Assembly: GCF_963921235.1 (NCBI RefSeq)
Contig: NC_086109.1
Coordinates: 7,752,001-7,816,000, forward strand
Origin: Mobula hypostoma
Lineage: Eukaryota
Direction: 5' to 3'
Length of the DNA: 64,000 bases
In this document: in pieces, positions 23,432 to 36,130 of the stretch
Layout of the letters: each line of letters opens with the position of its first letter
How positions within the stretch are numbered: position 1 is the stretch's first letter
Position numbers and translations under genes: made by a program
The notes under the pieces: model-generated
Databases searched by the model: none
The model's input: the letters and a program-made list of their open reading frames with translations, nothing else
What the model was told of the DNA's origin: nothing

Positions 23432-23454
23432 CATGATGTTCCTCGTAATGCTGT

Positions 23455-24008
23455 AGAACATACAATATGACAGCATAGTACAGGCCTTTTGGCCCACAAT
23501 GTTGTGCTGACCTTTTAACCAACACGAAGGTCATTCTAATCCTTACCTCCTACATAACCCTCCGTTTTTCTATCATCCACATGTCAAAGTGTTTCTTAAA
23601 TGTCGTTAATGTATTTGCCTCCCCCACCACCCCTGGCGGTGCGTTCCACACACCCACCACTCTCTGTGTGAAAAAGACCTACCTCTGACATTCCCCCTTT
23701 ACTTTCCTCAAATCACCCGAAAATTATGCCCTTCCACTTTAGCCATTTCTGCTCTGGGGAAAAGCCTCTGGCTGCCAATGTGATCTGTGCCTCTTATCAT
23801 CTTGCACACCTCTATCAAGTCACCTCTCATCCCTCGCTCCAAAGAGGAAAGCCCAGCCCTGGCTCGCTCAGCCTGACCTCATAAGGCACGCTCTCCAGTC
23901 CAGGCAGCATCCAGGTAAATCTCCTCTGCACCCCCTCTAAAGTGTCCACATTCTTCCTATAATGAGACAACCAGAACTGAACACAGTAGTGCAAGTCTGG
24001 TCTAGCCA
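23455..24008 (-). mobile_element. CR1 3' fragment
   Basis: RPDLHYCVQFW..EGVQRRFTWMLPGL. Confidence 0.82.
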
Positions 24009-24349
24009 GAATAATTAACATAATTAACTGTACATTTATGAATTGAAGCCAGGCAGAGATTGATAGTGAGACTTCAAAATGTTGTGTGCAGCTAGGCACA
24101 CCTTTATTCTGATAGCTGAATGGCGAAGAAGTGAGAAAAAAACTGATGTGATTGGTCACTCTATTGGTTGGACTCGAGGGTCTGAGTTATTGGGACTGGT
24201 TGGGCAGGACCACATTCTGTGCAGCGTTAACTCTATTCCTTGAAGTAATTAACTCTCCCTAGCTCTTACCCAATACTCTCATAATCTGCCCTCCCCCAAC
24301 TTAATGCTTTCCCACAAGGTCTATTCTAATCTTGATTTATAGCTATTAT

Positions 24350-24870
24350 AAAATTTAGGAAGTTGTGAACATCGTTTCCAACAGTCAGCCATCTGGCCCA
24401 GCTCATTTCCCAATACAAGATCCAATGTAATCTCTCATCCCATTGAATAATCCATAATTTAGGTTCATAAACTTTCCTGGATGCTCCCTTACAACTTCCA
24501 CCACATCGAACCCTCTTGCACTGAGGAGGTTGCAGCCTATATTGCGGAAGTTGAAGTCACCTATGGCGATAAACCTGCTGATTTCATACACTTACCTAAT
24601 TTGCCTGCATATCTGCTCCTCAATGTCCCACAATTACCTTACTTTCCATTTTTCTATTTTCTATTTATGATTTATAATTTAAATTTTTAATATTTACTAT
24701 CGATTTGTAATCCAGGGAGCGAGAAGTGCAAAATCAAATCTCGCTATGATGATTGTACGTTCTAGTATCAACTGTTTGGCGACAATAAAGTATGAAGTAT
24801 TTGGGGGATGGCCCAGTAGTATATTCCCATAAGGGTGATCGCACCTTTCTTTTCTTTGAGTTCTACCCAT
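24350..24870 (-). mobile_element. CR1 endonuclease-region fragment with an inserted AT-rich LINE 3' UTR (~24636-24800)
   Basis: IGDFNF motif on the minus strand. Confidence 0.6.
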
Positions 24871-24883
24871 GTAGATTTGGTGT

Positions 24884-25075
24884 CATGGCATTCACGCCCA
24901 GAATTCGAGGCGAGTGGTCCCAGGTTCGAATCCGGCCGTCTCCTTGCATGCTTTCCATCCTTGCTGGGTCGAGCGTTGAACCGGCAGCTCAGCCTTGTAA
25001 AAAACAGACAAACACTAAAGAAACGGTAAGGTTGCCGCCCGATGTGCCTTAGGGCGCAGAGAGGGACGACGATAA
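24884..25075 (+). mobile_element. tRNA-derived SINE
   Basis: Perfect B box GGTTCGAATCC at 24923-24933 followed by a non-tRNA body. Confidence 0.6.
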
Positions 25076-25364
25076 TGTAGACTCAGTGAGTGAGGCTTCC
25101 ACTGACTACCAGGATGATATTGTTCCCAGTTAATAGTGCATCTTCTCCCTCTTTCTTTCTCTAAATCGTGAAACTTTAGCAGTCAATCTTCTCCCTCTTC
25201 CAGTCAAGCCTCTTGTTATGGCCACCACAGAGTCACTGGTGAATTTGGGCTCACGCTCCTTAGAGTTGAAATGACTGAGAGGTGATCTTCCCAATAGACA
25301 GGGTGCTGAGGGGGATTGACCAGGAAGACACTGAGAGAATAGAGTGAGGTCAAGGTTAATGCGG

Positions 25365-25930
25365 AACGTAGAACAGTACAGCACAGGAGCAAGCCCTGCA
25401 GCCCAGAATGTCTGTGCCATACACAATGCCAAATTAAGCTAATTGCTTCTGCCTGCACGTGATGCATATCCCTCCATTCCCTGCACTGTGACTCAAGCTC
25501 CCACCATTACCCACTCCAGGCGCCCACCACTCTGTGTAAAATTACTTCCCCCCGCACATCTCCTTCAACCTTTCCTCCGCTCGTCATAAACCTATGCCCT
25601 CTAGTACATGACATTTCTACTCTGGGAAAAAGATTCTGACTGTTTACCTGTGCCTCATAATTTTATAAACTTCTATCAGGTCTTGCCTCAGCCTCTGGCA
25701 CTCCAGAGAAAACAACCCAAGTTTGTTCACCTCCTTAAAGCTAATACTAGCTGAAACAGCTAATAAAGGTTCGTCCAGCCTTCTTCCTATAGTGCAGGCC
25801 CTTGAGTTCTAGCAACGTTCTCGTATATCCTATTTGCTAACTTTCTAGCTTAATGACATCTTTCCTACAATAAGGTGACATTACTTGCACACAATAATCC
25901 AGGTGCAGCCATGTGGGCAATCCCGTCTCT
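25365..25930 (-). mobile_element. CR1 3' fragments
   Basis: Reverse complement of CR1 C-terminal coding sequence and the CCTGT..TGTGCTGTACTGTTCTA 3' UTR. Confidence 0.7.
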
Positions 25931-26042
25931 TATACTCTATGCCCCGATTAACACGGCCTTTCATCACCTCCGTCCCAAGGCACTCTCCCCTGGGATCACA
26001 ACAGCTCTCTCGCCATGAGCCTAAGCGGCCCTCCCAGTTAAG

Positions 26043-27570
26043 GGCAACACACAAAATGCTGGAGGAATTCAGCAGGTCAGGCAGCATCCACAGAGTGGGA
26101 ATACACAGTTGACGTTTCGGGCCGAGACACTTCACCAGGACTGGAAAGGCAGGGGGCAGAGTCCAGGATTATAAGGTGTGGAGGAAGGGGAAGGAGCACA
26201 AGCTGGTAGACCGTGAGTGAGGGGAAGGTGGGTGGGTGGGGAGGCTGTGTGAAGAGAAAAGCTGAGAGATGATAGGAGGAAAAGGTAAAGAAGAAGGAAT
26301 TTAACAGGCCATGGGAGAAAGAGAAGGAGGAGGTGCACCAGAGAGAGGTGATAATCAGGGGAGAAGAGAAGGGGTAAGAGGGGAGCCAGAATGGGGATGG
26401 AAAAGGAGAGAAGGGGGAGGGGAGTGACAAACTACCAGAAGTTAGTGAAATCAATGTTCATGCCTTCAGGTTGAAGGCCACCTAGAGGTGTTGCTCCTCC
26501 AACCTGAGTGTGGTGGTAGAGGGGATCATGGACTGACATGTTGGAATGGGAATGGTAAGTGGAAATACAATGAGTGGCCACCAGGAAGTCCAGCCTATTT
26601 TTTTGCATTTAAAGCAGCCTTTCACCTGCCAGTCCTCCTGAGATATCTACGACATGCGGCCTCTCCTGCATTGGTGAAACCGGATGCAAATTCGGCAATT
26701 CCTTTGGTGAGCCCCTTCACTCCATCCACTGGAGTTACCGCCTGGAGCTCCTGCTTATCAGTTCTCCTGCCTGTTCCACACACTGATCTATCTGCCTTCG
26801 GCCAGTATTGAGGCTGAACACAAACGAGGGGAATATTCCCCCAGCTCGTCTACAACCCAACGGCGTGAACATTGAATTCTCTGACTCCTGGTAACTGCTC
26901 CCTTTTGTCCCTTTTCACTCTACTCCTTATCTACCTTGTTCCTCCTATACCCATACCAGCCTCCGTCACCCTGTTTCTGACCCCTCATCCACCCATTCCA
27001 TCTGTCCGTCACCCACACACTCCTCCCACTGGGTCCCCTCCCCCCACTGTTTCCATCTGTCCATCACCCACACACTCCTCCCACTGGGTCCCCTCCCCCC
27101 CACTGTTCCCATCTGTCCGTCACCCACACACTCCTCCCACTGGGTCCCCTCCCCCCCACTGTTCCCATCTGTCCATCACCCACACACTCCTCCCACTGGG
27201 TCCCCTCCCCCCACTGTTCCCATCTGTCCATCACCCACACACTCCTCCCACTGGGTCCCCTCCCCCCACTGTTCCCACCTGTCCACCACCCACCTTCCTT
27301 ATTTGATTCTATGTTTCACCTTCCTCACGAATCAGATCCCAGCATCTGCAGCTCCTTGTCACCTCCACGCATCACCTCCCAGCCTCCATCACCATTCCCA
27401 CTCTCCCCTCCTCCATCTGCCTATCACCCCATCCTCACCTGGATCCACCTATCAGCTGCCAGCTCTTGCTCCATCCCTTCCCCTTCCCTCTTTATACACG
27501 CTATCTCCCCTGTAACGTTTGACCCAAATCAACTGTCCATTTCCCTCCACAGGTACTGCCTAACCCAGCT
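26043..27570. mobile_element. Inverted pair of PLE 3' fragments (minus ~26043-26600, plus ~26610-27570) with GIY-YIG endonuclease remnant
   Basis: Plus strand FTCQSS..IY..CGL.CIGETGCKFGNSFGEPL resembles PLE FTC..VIY..C..LYIGET.R.L..RF.EH; both halves end in the terminal block. Confidence 0.7.
26998..27290. repeat. ~55-bp C-rich minisatellite, ~5 copies
   Basis: Unit CCATCTGTCCATCACCCACACACTCCTCCCACTGGGTCCCCTCCCCCCACTGTTC. Confidence 0.95.
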
Positions 27571-27789
27571 CCATCGTGGGCAGTAACCTCTCCAACATCG
27601 AAGACATCTTCAAGAAGGTGGCATCATGAAGGACCCTGGTCATCCAGGACTTGCCCTTGTTTCTTTACTACCATCAGAAAGGCGGTTCGGGAGTTTGAAG
27701 ACCCACACTCTGTGTCTCCCCCTCAGCCATCAGACGGTCAATGAACCCCTGAACTCTACCTCACTATTTTTGCTCTCTTTTTGCACTCA

Positions 27790-28103
27790 CTTACTGCCCG
27801 TTCCGCTGGTGGTGTTTAGGGCAGCAATGGAGGTTGCTCTGTCTGTCCATTTCATCGCACACAGATATAGGATTCCTCTTTGCTGTCTCTGTAACAAGTT
27901 TTTTGACCAGTCAGCATGGTTAGCCCAGAGCTGAACCCCCCTGAACCTGGAGGACTCTTAGTCTGGCCTTTACCCTTTGACCTGTTTGGCATGGGTGACC
28001 CTACCAAGAATCAAAGCACAAAGCCGTAACTCCAGCCAACATAGCTCTCCAGGTCATTGATGCACGTAGGCTTCCAAACCCTACAACAAGGTTGTGGTCC
28101 TCT
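27790..28103 (-). mobile_element. RTE-derived non-autonomous element
   Basis: Minus strand GGACCACAACCTTGTTGTAG..GTGCATCAATGACCTGGAGAGCTATG resembles RTE/Expander 5' ends. Confidence 0.55.
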
Positions 28104-28297
28104 CAGAGAACGTTTTGCACTATTTACTTATTATTGCAACATGCATTTTTTTATCATCTATTGCACTGTACTGAAGCTGCAAAACACACGTGTCACAGCA
28201 CAAGAAATCTGCAGAAGCTAGAAATCCAAAGCAGCACACACACACAAAGGGCTGGAGGAACTCAGCAGGCCAGGCTGCATCTATGGAAAAGAGTAAA

Positions 28298-28333
28298 CAG
28301 TCGATATTTCAGGCTGAGACCCTTCATCAGGAC
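28298..28333 (-). ncRNA. Hammerhead motif in PLE fragment ~28195-28410
   Basis: guc-CUGAUGA-agg gucucag ccu-GAAA-UAUC-gac; core intact, stem III AUAU still palindromic. Confidence 0.6.
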
Positions 28334-29539
28334 GTTCACGGCATACTCTATATCGATGATAAACTTGATTCTGATTCTGACTCCGACCTGCTGGCTTCCT
28401 CCAGCAATTTATCTATCCTGAACTGCAGAATAATAGGGCTTATTTAATAAGGTACTCCAATGCCTAGAGTATATTATTTGGTAATAATATGATGCAATGC
28501 AAAGATATTAACAAAATCTTCAAGCCCTTTGAATTTCACATCCCATTCATCAAATGACTTTGCACATTTCTAGTTCTTATACCATGGTGCAATATATACA
28601 CGCTTTTTTAAATCAAATTAACGATGGCTCATTTGACAGGCAAGTATGACAGAAATTAAATGACAAACATCAACACCCACGTTACTTGCACACTGTGCTT
28701 TGCATTTTTTCATGATATATTTCAATTAATTTACTTTCCTTCTTTCATCAAATCGAGCTGAATGATGCACGGGATCACGATGTCAAAGTATTTATGAAAG
28801 CGCTTCACTCTGACCCGCGGGGGTACACGGAGGGCACTTCAAGCGAAGTAACGCCAGGCATAACATGTTCCCTGCGTGGCGCGTGGCTGAAGAAAAAATG
28901 GAGAGTTACGTGGGAGGGAACAGTTAGATTGTGTAGGTTGCAAGGTTAGCACAACACTGTGGGCTGCAGGGCCTGTACTGTGCTGCGTTCAGAATCAGAA
29001 TCAAGTTTATCATTGACATAGAGCATTTCAGTGTTTTGGAATAGACAGCTGGAAAGTCCCACGATCACTTATCACTCGAGGTCCTGCAGATACTGGAAAC
29101 GTCGAACAACACACGCGAAATGCTGGAGGACCTCAGCAAGTCGGGTGGAATACAAAGGGGGAAATTTTTGGAATGAGATCCTTCATCAGGACAGGAGTGG
29201 AAGGGTGGAGGAAGGTGGAGGACAGGCGTTGAGTGCAGGGTCGCTGATGATAGTTGTCACCAGGTGGGTCTCTGGAATTCTTGAGGCAACGGCTCCTGCA
29301 GGTACGACTGACTGTGGGGAGTGATGAGCCACGATCGAATAAGATCATGGGTTTGAATGCAGCCTCATTCCACATTCTAACCTTTCACTCATTCAGTGAC
29401 TAACAGAAATCTGTCTACCCTAAAACATTCAAAGACTCTTCCATGCCCTTTGACGAAGAGAGTTTCATCATTTCATGACTCTCTGGGAAAAGTAAGTTTC
29501 ACCGCATCGTTCCCTTATTTTAAACAGTAATAAAGACAC

Positions 29540-32500
29540 TAAGACCATAAGACATAGGAGCAGAATTAGGCCATTTGGCCCATCGAGTCTGCTCCACCAT
29601 TCCATCACAATCCCTCTCAACCTCACTCTTCTGCCTTGTTTCCATAACTTTGATGCTCTGATAAATCAAGAATGCATCAACCTCTGCCTTAAATGTAGAC
29701 AATGACTTGGCCTCTGCAGCCGACTATTACAATAAATCCCACTGATTCACTACCCTATGGGTAAAGAAATTTCTCCTTCTCCTCACTGTCTTCAGTGGAT
29801 ATCCTTCTATTCTGAGGTTGTGACCTCTGGTCCCAGACTCCCCACTGCAGGAAACATCCACTCCATCTAGACATTTCAATATTCAAAAGGTTTCAATGAG
29901 ATCCCCTTCATTCTTCTAAGCTCTAGTGTACAGACCCAGAGTCATCACACATTCCTCATACATCAATGCTTTCATTCACGGAATCTCTCTCGTGAACCTC
30001 CTCTGGACCCTCTCCAAGTTCAGCACATCTTTTCTTAGATCAGGGGCCCTGAAATGCTCACAAAAATTCCAAGCACAGCCTTAGCAATGCCTGATAAAGC
30101 ATCAGCATTACATTCTTGCTCTTATATTCTAGTCCTCATGAAATGAAGGTTGACTTTGCATTCACCTTCCTTACCACTGACTCAACCTGCAAGTTAACCT
30201 GTAGGGATGCCCATATCCCTTTGTACCTCTGATTTTTGAATTTTCTCTTCACTTAGAGAATAGTCTATGCCTTTATTCCTTCTACAAAAGTGCACAACCA
30301 TACACTTCACTACCCTATATTCCATTTGACGCTTTTTTGCCCATTCTCCCAATCTGTCTAGCTTCTCCTGCAGACTCCCTGCTTCCTCGACACTACCTGC
30401 TCCTTCACCTGTTTTCATATTGTCCACAAACTTGGTCACAAAGGCCCCTGTGGCATACCACTACACATCGGCAGCCAAGAAGGAAAGGCTCCCTTCATTC
30501 CAACCCTTTGCCTCCTGCCAGTCAGTCAGGCATTCAAGCTGGTATCTTTCCTGTAATACCATGGACTCTTATCTTGTTAAACAGCCTCATGTATGGCACA
30601 ATGTTAAAGGCCTCTGAAAGTCAAAGCACACAACATCCACTGACTCTCCTTTGTTTGATATTTCCTCCAAGAATTCCAACACATTTGTTGGGCAAGATTT
30701 CGGTCCAAAATACACTCTCACCTCTCTTCTACTCTTTATATATCTGAAAAAAAACATTTGGTATCCTCTTTAATATTATTGGCTAGCTTACTATCATATT
30801 TCATCTTTTCTCATAACTTTTTAGCTGTCTTCTGTGGTAAATAAAACTTCCAAATCCTCTAACTTCCCATTATATTTTGCTCAATTATATACCCTCTCTT
30901 TTGCTTTTATGGTGTCCTTGACTTCTCTTGTCAGCCCTGGTTGTCTCATCCTCCCTTCAGATTAATTCTTCATCTTAGGGATGTATCTATCCTCAGTCTT
31001 CCAGATTGCTCCCAGAAACTCCAGCCATTGCTGTTCTACCATCATCTCTGCTAGTGTCCCATTATAATCAACTTTCGCCAGCTCCTCTCTCATGCCTTTG
31101 TAATTCCCTCAAATCCACTGTAGTACTAATACAGTACATCTGACTTCAGCTTCTCCCTCTCACACTGCAGGATGAATTTTATCATATTATGATCACTGGC
31201 TCATAAGGGTTCCTTTACCTTAAGCTCCCGAGTCAAATCTTGTTTGTTACACAATGCCTAATCTGGAATTGCCTTTTCTTAGCTGACTCAACCACAAGCT
31301 GTTATAAAATGCCATCTTGTAGGTGTTCTACAAATTTCCTCTCTTGCATTCTAGCATTAATTTGATTTTCCCAATCTATCTGCTATTGAAAGTCCCATAA
31401 CTATTGTAACTATAACACCATGGTTCATATTTTTTACTGCTATGCTGTTCTGTATTTGATTTTTGTGCTGTTCTCTGCAAGCTGCTTGTTTGGGCTACAG
31501 TTGAAGATTAGAAATAGGAGAATTGCGTGCCATCCAATTAGGATGGTCGGATTAAGGGGAGGTTTCTCTGGTGAGGGTCACTAAGGTTGGGCTTGGGGCT
31601 TTTGTTAAGGAGAAGAAGAGAGAAGACACCGGAGAGGAGGAGTGGCAGGATTTGACCCGGAGCAGGACCTGATTTGACAAAGCCCAGGTGAGATCGATGG
31701 AGGATTGGCGAAGGGGAAACTGTGAGCTCCAACTTGTGCACATTAAACTGTTTCATTAAAATCGACCCTTTTCTTTTTTTGCTCTTTCTTTACTAACCCT
31801 TTATCAAATTAAAAATTATAAAGCTAAATATTTTAATTGTATGCAGTGTACTGTCTGTTATCTTGTGGCACTTATTTATAACAGAGTAATGAATCACGCA
31901 GCATCCACACAAACAGAGGGTTTTGGGATGGGCTCGTTCCTCAATCTCACACGTTTGAAAGGGCTGGAGATTGTCTTCCCTATACTTACTCAGCTGACAG
32001 AACCAGCGTGTTTAATAACATTGCCCTTTTGACATACCTTTTCTAACGCCTTTTGAAATTTGTATCCCATATCCTAGTTACAGTTTTGAAGTCTGTATAT
32101 AATTCCCATTAGGGTATTTTTACCTTTGCAGTTTCTGAACTCTACCCATCAGGATTCGACATCTTCTGATTCTATGTTCTATCTCAACTCTTTCTAAGGA
32201 TTTGATATCATTTTTTTTACCAACAGAGTCACCCAACCTCCTCTGCCTACCTGCCTGTCCTTTCAATACAACCTGTATCTTTGGATGTTAAGCTCCCAAT
32301 TATGATCTTCTTTCAGCAATGACTCAGTGATGCCCACATTGTCATACCTGCCAATCTCTAACTGCGCTAAAAGATCATCTTCCTTATTCTGTATAATCCA
32401 AATATGTTCGGCATTTGTCACCCTTGTTGATTTTGTCTCCATGTTACACTCATCCCACTGACTGCAATTCTGTCCGATCATCTGCCTGTCCTTCCTCACA

Positions 32501-33970
32501 GTCTGACTACATACTGCATCTAGTTGTTTACCAACTGAAACATCCTCAGCCTTATCACCACAGTTCCCATCTCCATGCCAAAGCAGTTTCAACCCTCCTC
32601 AACAGCTCCAGTAAACCTGCCTGCAAGGATATTGGCTACCCCAGGGTTCGTGCCTAAGCTGTCCCTTTTTACAAGTTATACCTTCCGCTGAAGAGATCCC
32701 AATGATGCACAAATCAGGAATCCTGCCCCCTTGCATCAATTCCTCAGCCCGCATTGATCTGTCGAATCGTCCTATTCTTACCCTCACTAACACATGGCAC
32801 AGGCAGCAATCCAGAGATTACTACCCTAGAGGCCCTGTTTTTCCAGCTTTCTATGTAACTCCCTAAATTCTCTGTTCAGGACCTCCTCCCTTTCCTACCT
32901 ATGTCATTGGTACCAATATGTACAATATGTACTAAGTCTTCTGACTGCTCACCCTCCCCATTTAGAATGCCATGGACCTGATCTGAGACACTCCTGACCC
33001 TGGCACCTGGAAGGCCACATACCATCTGGGTGTCTCTTTTATATCCAAAGAATCTCCTGTCTGCTCCCTTAACTATGGAATCCCCTATCACTAAAACACT
33101 CCTCTTCTTCCCTTCCTTTCTGAGCCACAGTGTCAGAGACCTGGTCACTGCAGCTTCTCCCTGGTAGTTTCTCCACCCCATCAATATCCAGATTGCTATG
33201 CTGATTACTGAGGGGAATGGGTACATGAATACTCTGCATTGGCTTGCTATTCCCTTTCTCTCGTGACAGTCACCCAAGTACCTCCCTCCTGTAACTGAGA
33301 GCTGATCTCCTCCCTGTAACTCATATCTATCAGCTCCTCTTTTTCCCATGTGAGCTGAAGATCATCAGGCTGCAGCTCTAGTTCCTTAACACTGTCTCCC
33401 AGAAGCTGCAGCTCAATGCGTCTCATGCAGATGTAGTTACCAGCGAGACTGGAGGTCTCCCAGCATTCCCACACCTCACACAAAGAACATACCACTAAAT
33501 CCGGACCCATAATCACCGCACTAGCTATGTACTAATAGACAAACCCCAAAACGTCGACTGTACCTCTTCCTATAGATGCTGCCTGGCCTGCTGCATTCAT
33601 CAGAAATTTTTATGTGTGTAACTTACTGGAACCTTACTTAGAGACTCTGCCTGTTCAGCCAAAGTCTGACCACTCTAATACTGGCCCACTCACACAATAG
33701 CTGCTCACAGAATGGCAGCTCCGCTTGTACCTCACTTCCTTTTATTGGCCTTTGCCGAGTGCCTGATAGATCGTTATGAATGCAGCCCTTTGAAATGTCC
33801 TGAAAGGCCCCGAGCTCTTTTTAAAAGCCATGCCACCTCAGCCAAACAGCGACAGTTTGCAATGATTGCTTCCTGCCAAAAGGTCCTGAAAGGTCCCAAG
33901 CTCTTTTTAAACTTCATGCCATTTCAGCTAAACAAGCAACTGCTGGCGATGATTGCAGCCCACCAATGAT
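29540..33970 (-). mobile_element. Old near-full-length CR1 (5' UTR, ORF1, internally deleted ORF2, 3' UTR), pseudogenised
   Basis: ORF1 zinc-finger-like VVCSLCEVW..YIC and SGNH esterase VIGDSIVKG..LPGARV..HIGTND; ORF2 VGITES, KFVDNMK..WAKKRQMEY; many stops. Confidence 0.88.
31411..32015. mobile_element. Probable solo LTR (~605 bp) inside the old CR1
   Basis: TAAC duplicated (31407-31410, 32016-32019); degenerate TGTAACAC..GTGTTACA ends; host TATTGTAAC|ATTGCCC restored. Confidence 0.6.
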
Positions 33971-34344
33971 TAATCTCAAACTTCTAGTCCCAGACTCTAC
34001 CCCATCCTTTCAACATCCACTCTGTTATGACTTATCACATCTCCAGTGTCACACAGCTCAAGCCTTTCCTCGTTAGATAGCAGGCTCATTCCAGACAGCT
34101 AGCATCTCCAGAGAAAGACTCCAACTGTGTGAGAATACTTTTAATAAGTTATTTTCCCAACAGCCAAATTATAGAAATGCATAACTGTCATGTTGTAGCA
34201 TTTTCAATGTGATCCTGTTCATTTGCATCTATTTGTTTCTACCCATTGTACTTCTTAAAAAAATCAAAATGCAAATAATTTTCCTACTTCTCTCCTTGCT
34301 GAAGCCTGCAGAGGGTTGTACTCAACCATTCCAATTATCGGGGA

Positions 34345-35040
34345 CATCTTCAACATGACTCCAGAAGGCAACATCCATAATTATAGACCTTCACCACCTC
34401 CCTTTTCACCTTCCTACCATCGAAGAGGAGGTACAGGAATCTGAAGATGCACACTCAACATTTCAAGAACGGTTTCTTCGCCTCTGCCATCAGATTTTGG
34501 AATGATCCATGAACACTATCTGGTTATTCATTTTTTACACTTCTAATTGATTTCCTAACTTATAGTAATTTTATGTCCTGCACTGCAGTGCTGTCACAAA
34601 ACAACAAACTTCAGTAAAGCTCAAAGTACATTATATTATCAAAGTACATCTCTGTCACCTCATACAACTCTGAGATTCATTTTCCTGTGGCATACTCAAC
34701 AAATCTATAGAATAATAACCATAACAGAATCAATGAAAGACCGGCCAACTATGGCGTTCAAGCAGAGTGCAGAAGACAATGAAATGTGCAAATGCAAAAA
34801 GAAGAAAGTATGATAATAAATAAATATTGAGAACATGAGATGAAGAGACCTTGAAAGTGAGTCCATTGGTTGTGGGAACAGTTCAGTGATGGGACAAGAG
34901 AAGTTGAGTGAAATTTTCCCCTTTGGTTCAAGAGCCTGATGATTGGGGGATAGTAACTGTTCCTGAATCTGGTGGTGTGAGTCTTTAGGCTCCTGTACTA
35001 TCTTCTCGATGGCAGCAGTGAGAAGAGAGCATGTCCTTCA
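34345..35040. mobile_element. Two Rex1/Babar-like 3' fragments in opposite orientation
   Basis: RRRYRNLKMHTQHFKN-like sequence on plus; reverse copy with GGCTCCTGTAC..GATGGCAGCAGTGAGAAGAG. Confidence 0.65.
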
Positions 35041-35180
35041 CAACGTCAGAATCAGGCTTATTATTACTGGCGTGTTTCATGGAACTTGTTGTTTTGTGCC
35101 AGCAGTAAAATGCAAGCCATAAAAAATTACTCTAGGTTACAACAAATAAACAAATAGTGCAGACAAAGAGTAGCAAGTTA

Positions 35181-35400
35181 CACATACAAAATGCTGGAGG
35201 AACTCAGCAGGCCAGGCAGCAACAATGGCAAAGAGTAGAGGTGATGTTTCAGGCCGAGACCTTTCAGAATCCTACTGAAGGGTCTCGGCTCGGCACGTCG
35301 ACTCTACTCTTTCCATGGATGCTGCCTGGTCTGCTGAGTTCCTCCTACATGTTGTGTGTTTTGCTTGGATTTCCAACATCTACAGATTTTCTCTTGTTTG
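35181..35400. mobile_element. Palindromic PLE mini-element, older copy C
   Basis: Imperfect arms around loop 35268-35274; 14-bp direct repeat AGAGTAGCAAGTTA/AGAATAGCAAGTTA (35167-35180, 35401-35414). Confidence 0.8.
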
Positions 35401-35754
35401 AGAATAGCAAGTTAGTTAGTTGGTGTTCATCGATTGACTGGTGATAAGCACAAGAGATTCTGCAGATGCTGGAAAGCTTGAGCAACATTCCTTTTGCTAG
35501 AGGAAGTCGGCAAGTCAGGCAGCATCTATTGATGTTGCTCCTCCAGTCTGAATGTGGCCTCATTGTGTAGTAGAGGAGGCCATGAATCGACATGTTGGAA
35601 TGGGAATGGGAAGTAGAATTGAAATGGAATTGAATTTCAATTCAACTTCCTATTCCGTCTTTCTATTCTGACATGTCTGTCCATGGCCTCCTCTACTGCC
35701 ATGATGAGGCCACATGCAGGTGTAAACTTTATGTATTATCTATGTTTTGGGTGG

Positions 35755-36130
35755 TTGGGGTGGAGATACGTCTCTACCAAAGGAGGTGTAAGGTGCTCCT
35801 TCCCTCCACTCGCCTGCAGGTCACCCTTGGGCAAGGTGTAGCACCTGATTAGACCCCCGATCAGGGTCATGTGAAGCCATGGGAGCAGGTGGTGGATGGT
35901 CATATGAGCAGCTGGTGCATATCACAAGTCCTGGTTATGTGACCACTGACACCAGGCAGACAATCTCTGAAGAGTATTGACAGTAGCTGGGGTCACCCTT
36001 CTTGTAAAGACACTGCCCAGAAGAAGGCGATGGCAAAACCCTTCTCTAGAAAAATTTGCCAAAAACAATCATGGTCAGGGGAAGACCACAATCGCCCACG
36101 TCATACAACACGGCACATAATGAATAAACG
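35755..36130 (+). mobile_element. RTE-related non-autonomous element, copy 2
   Basis: Colinear with 5095-5420. Confidence 0.7.
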
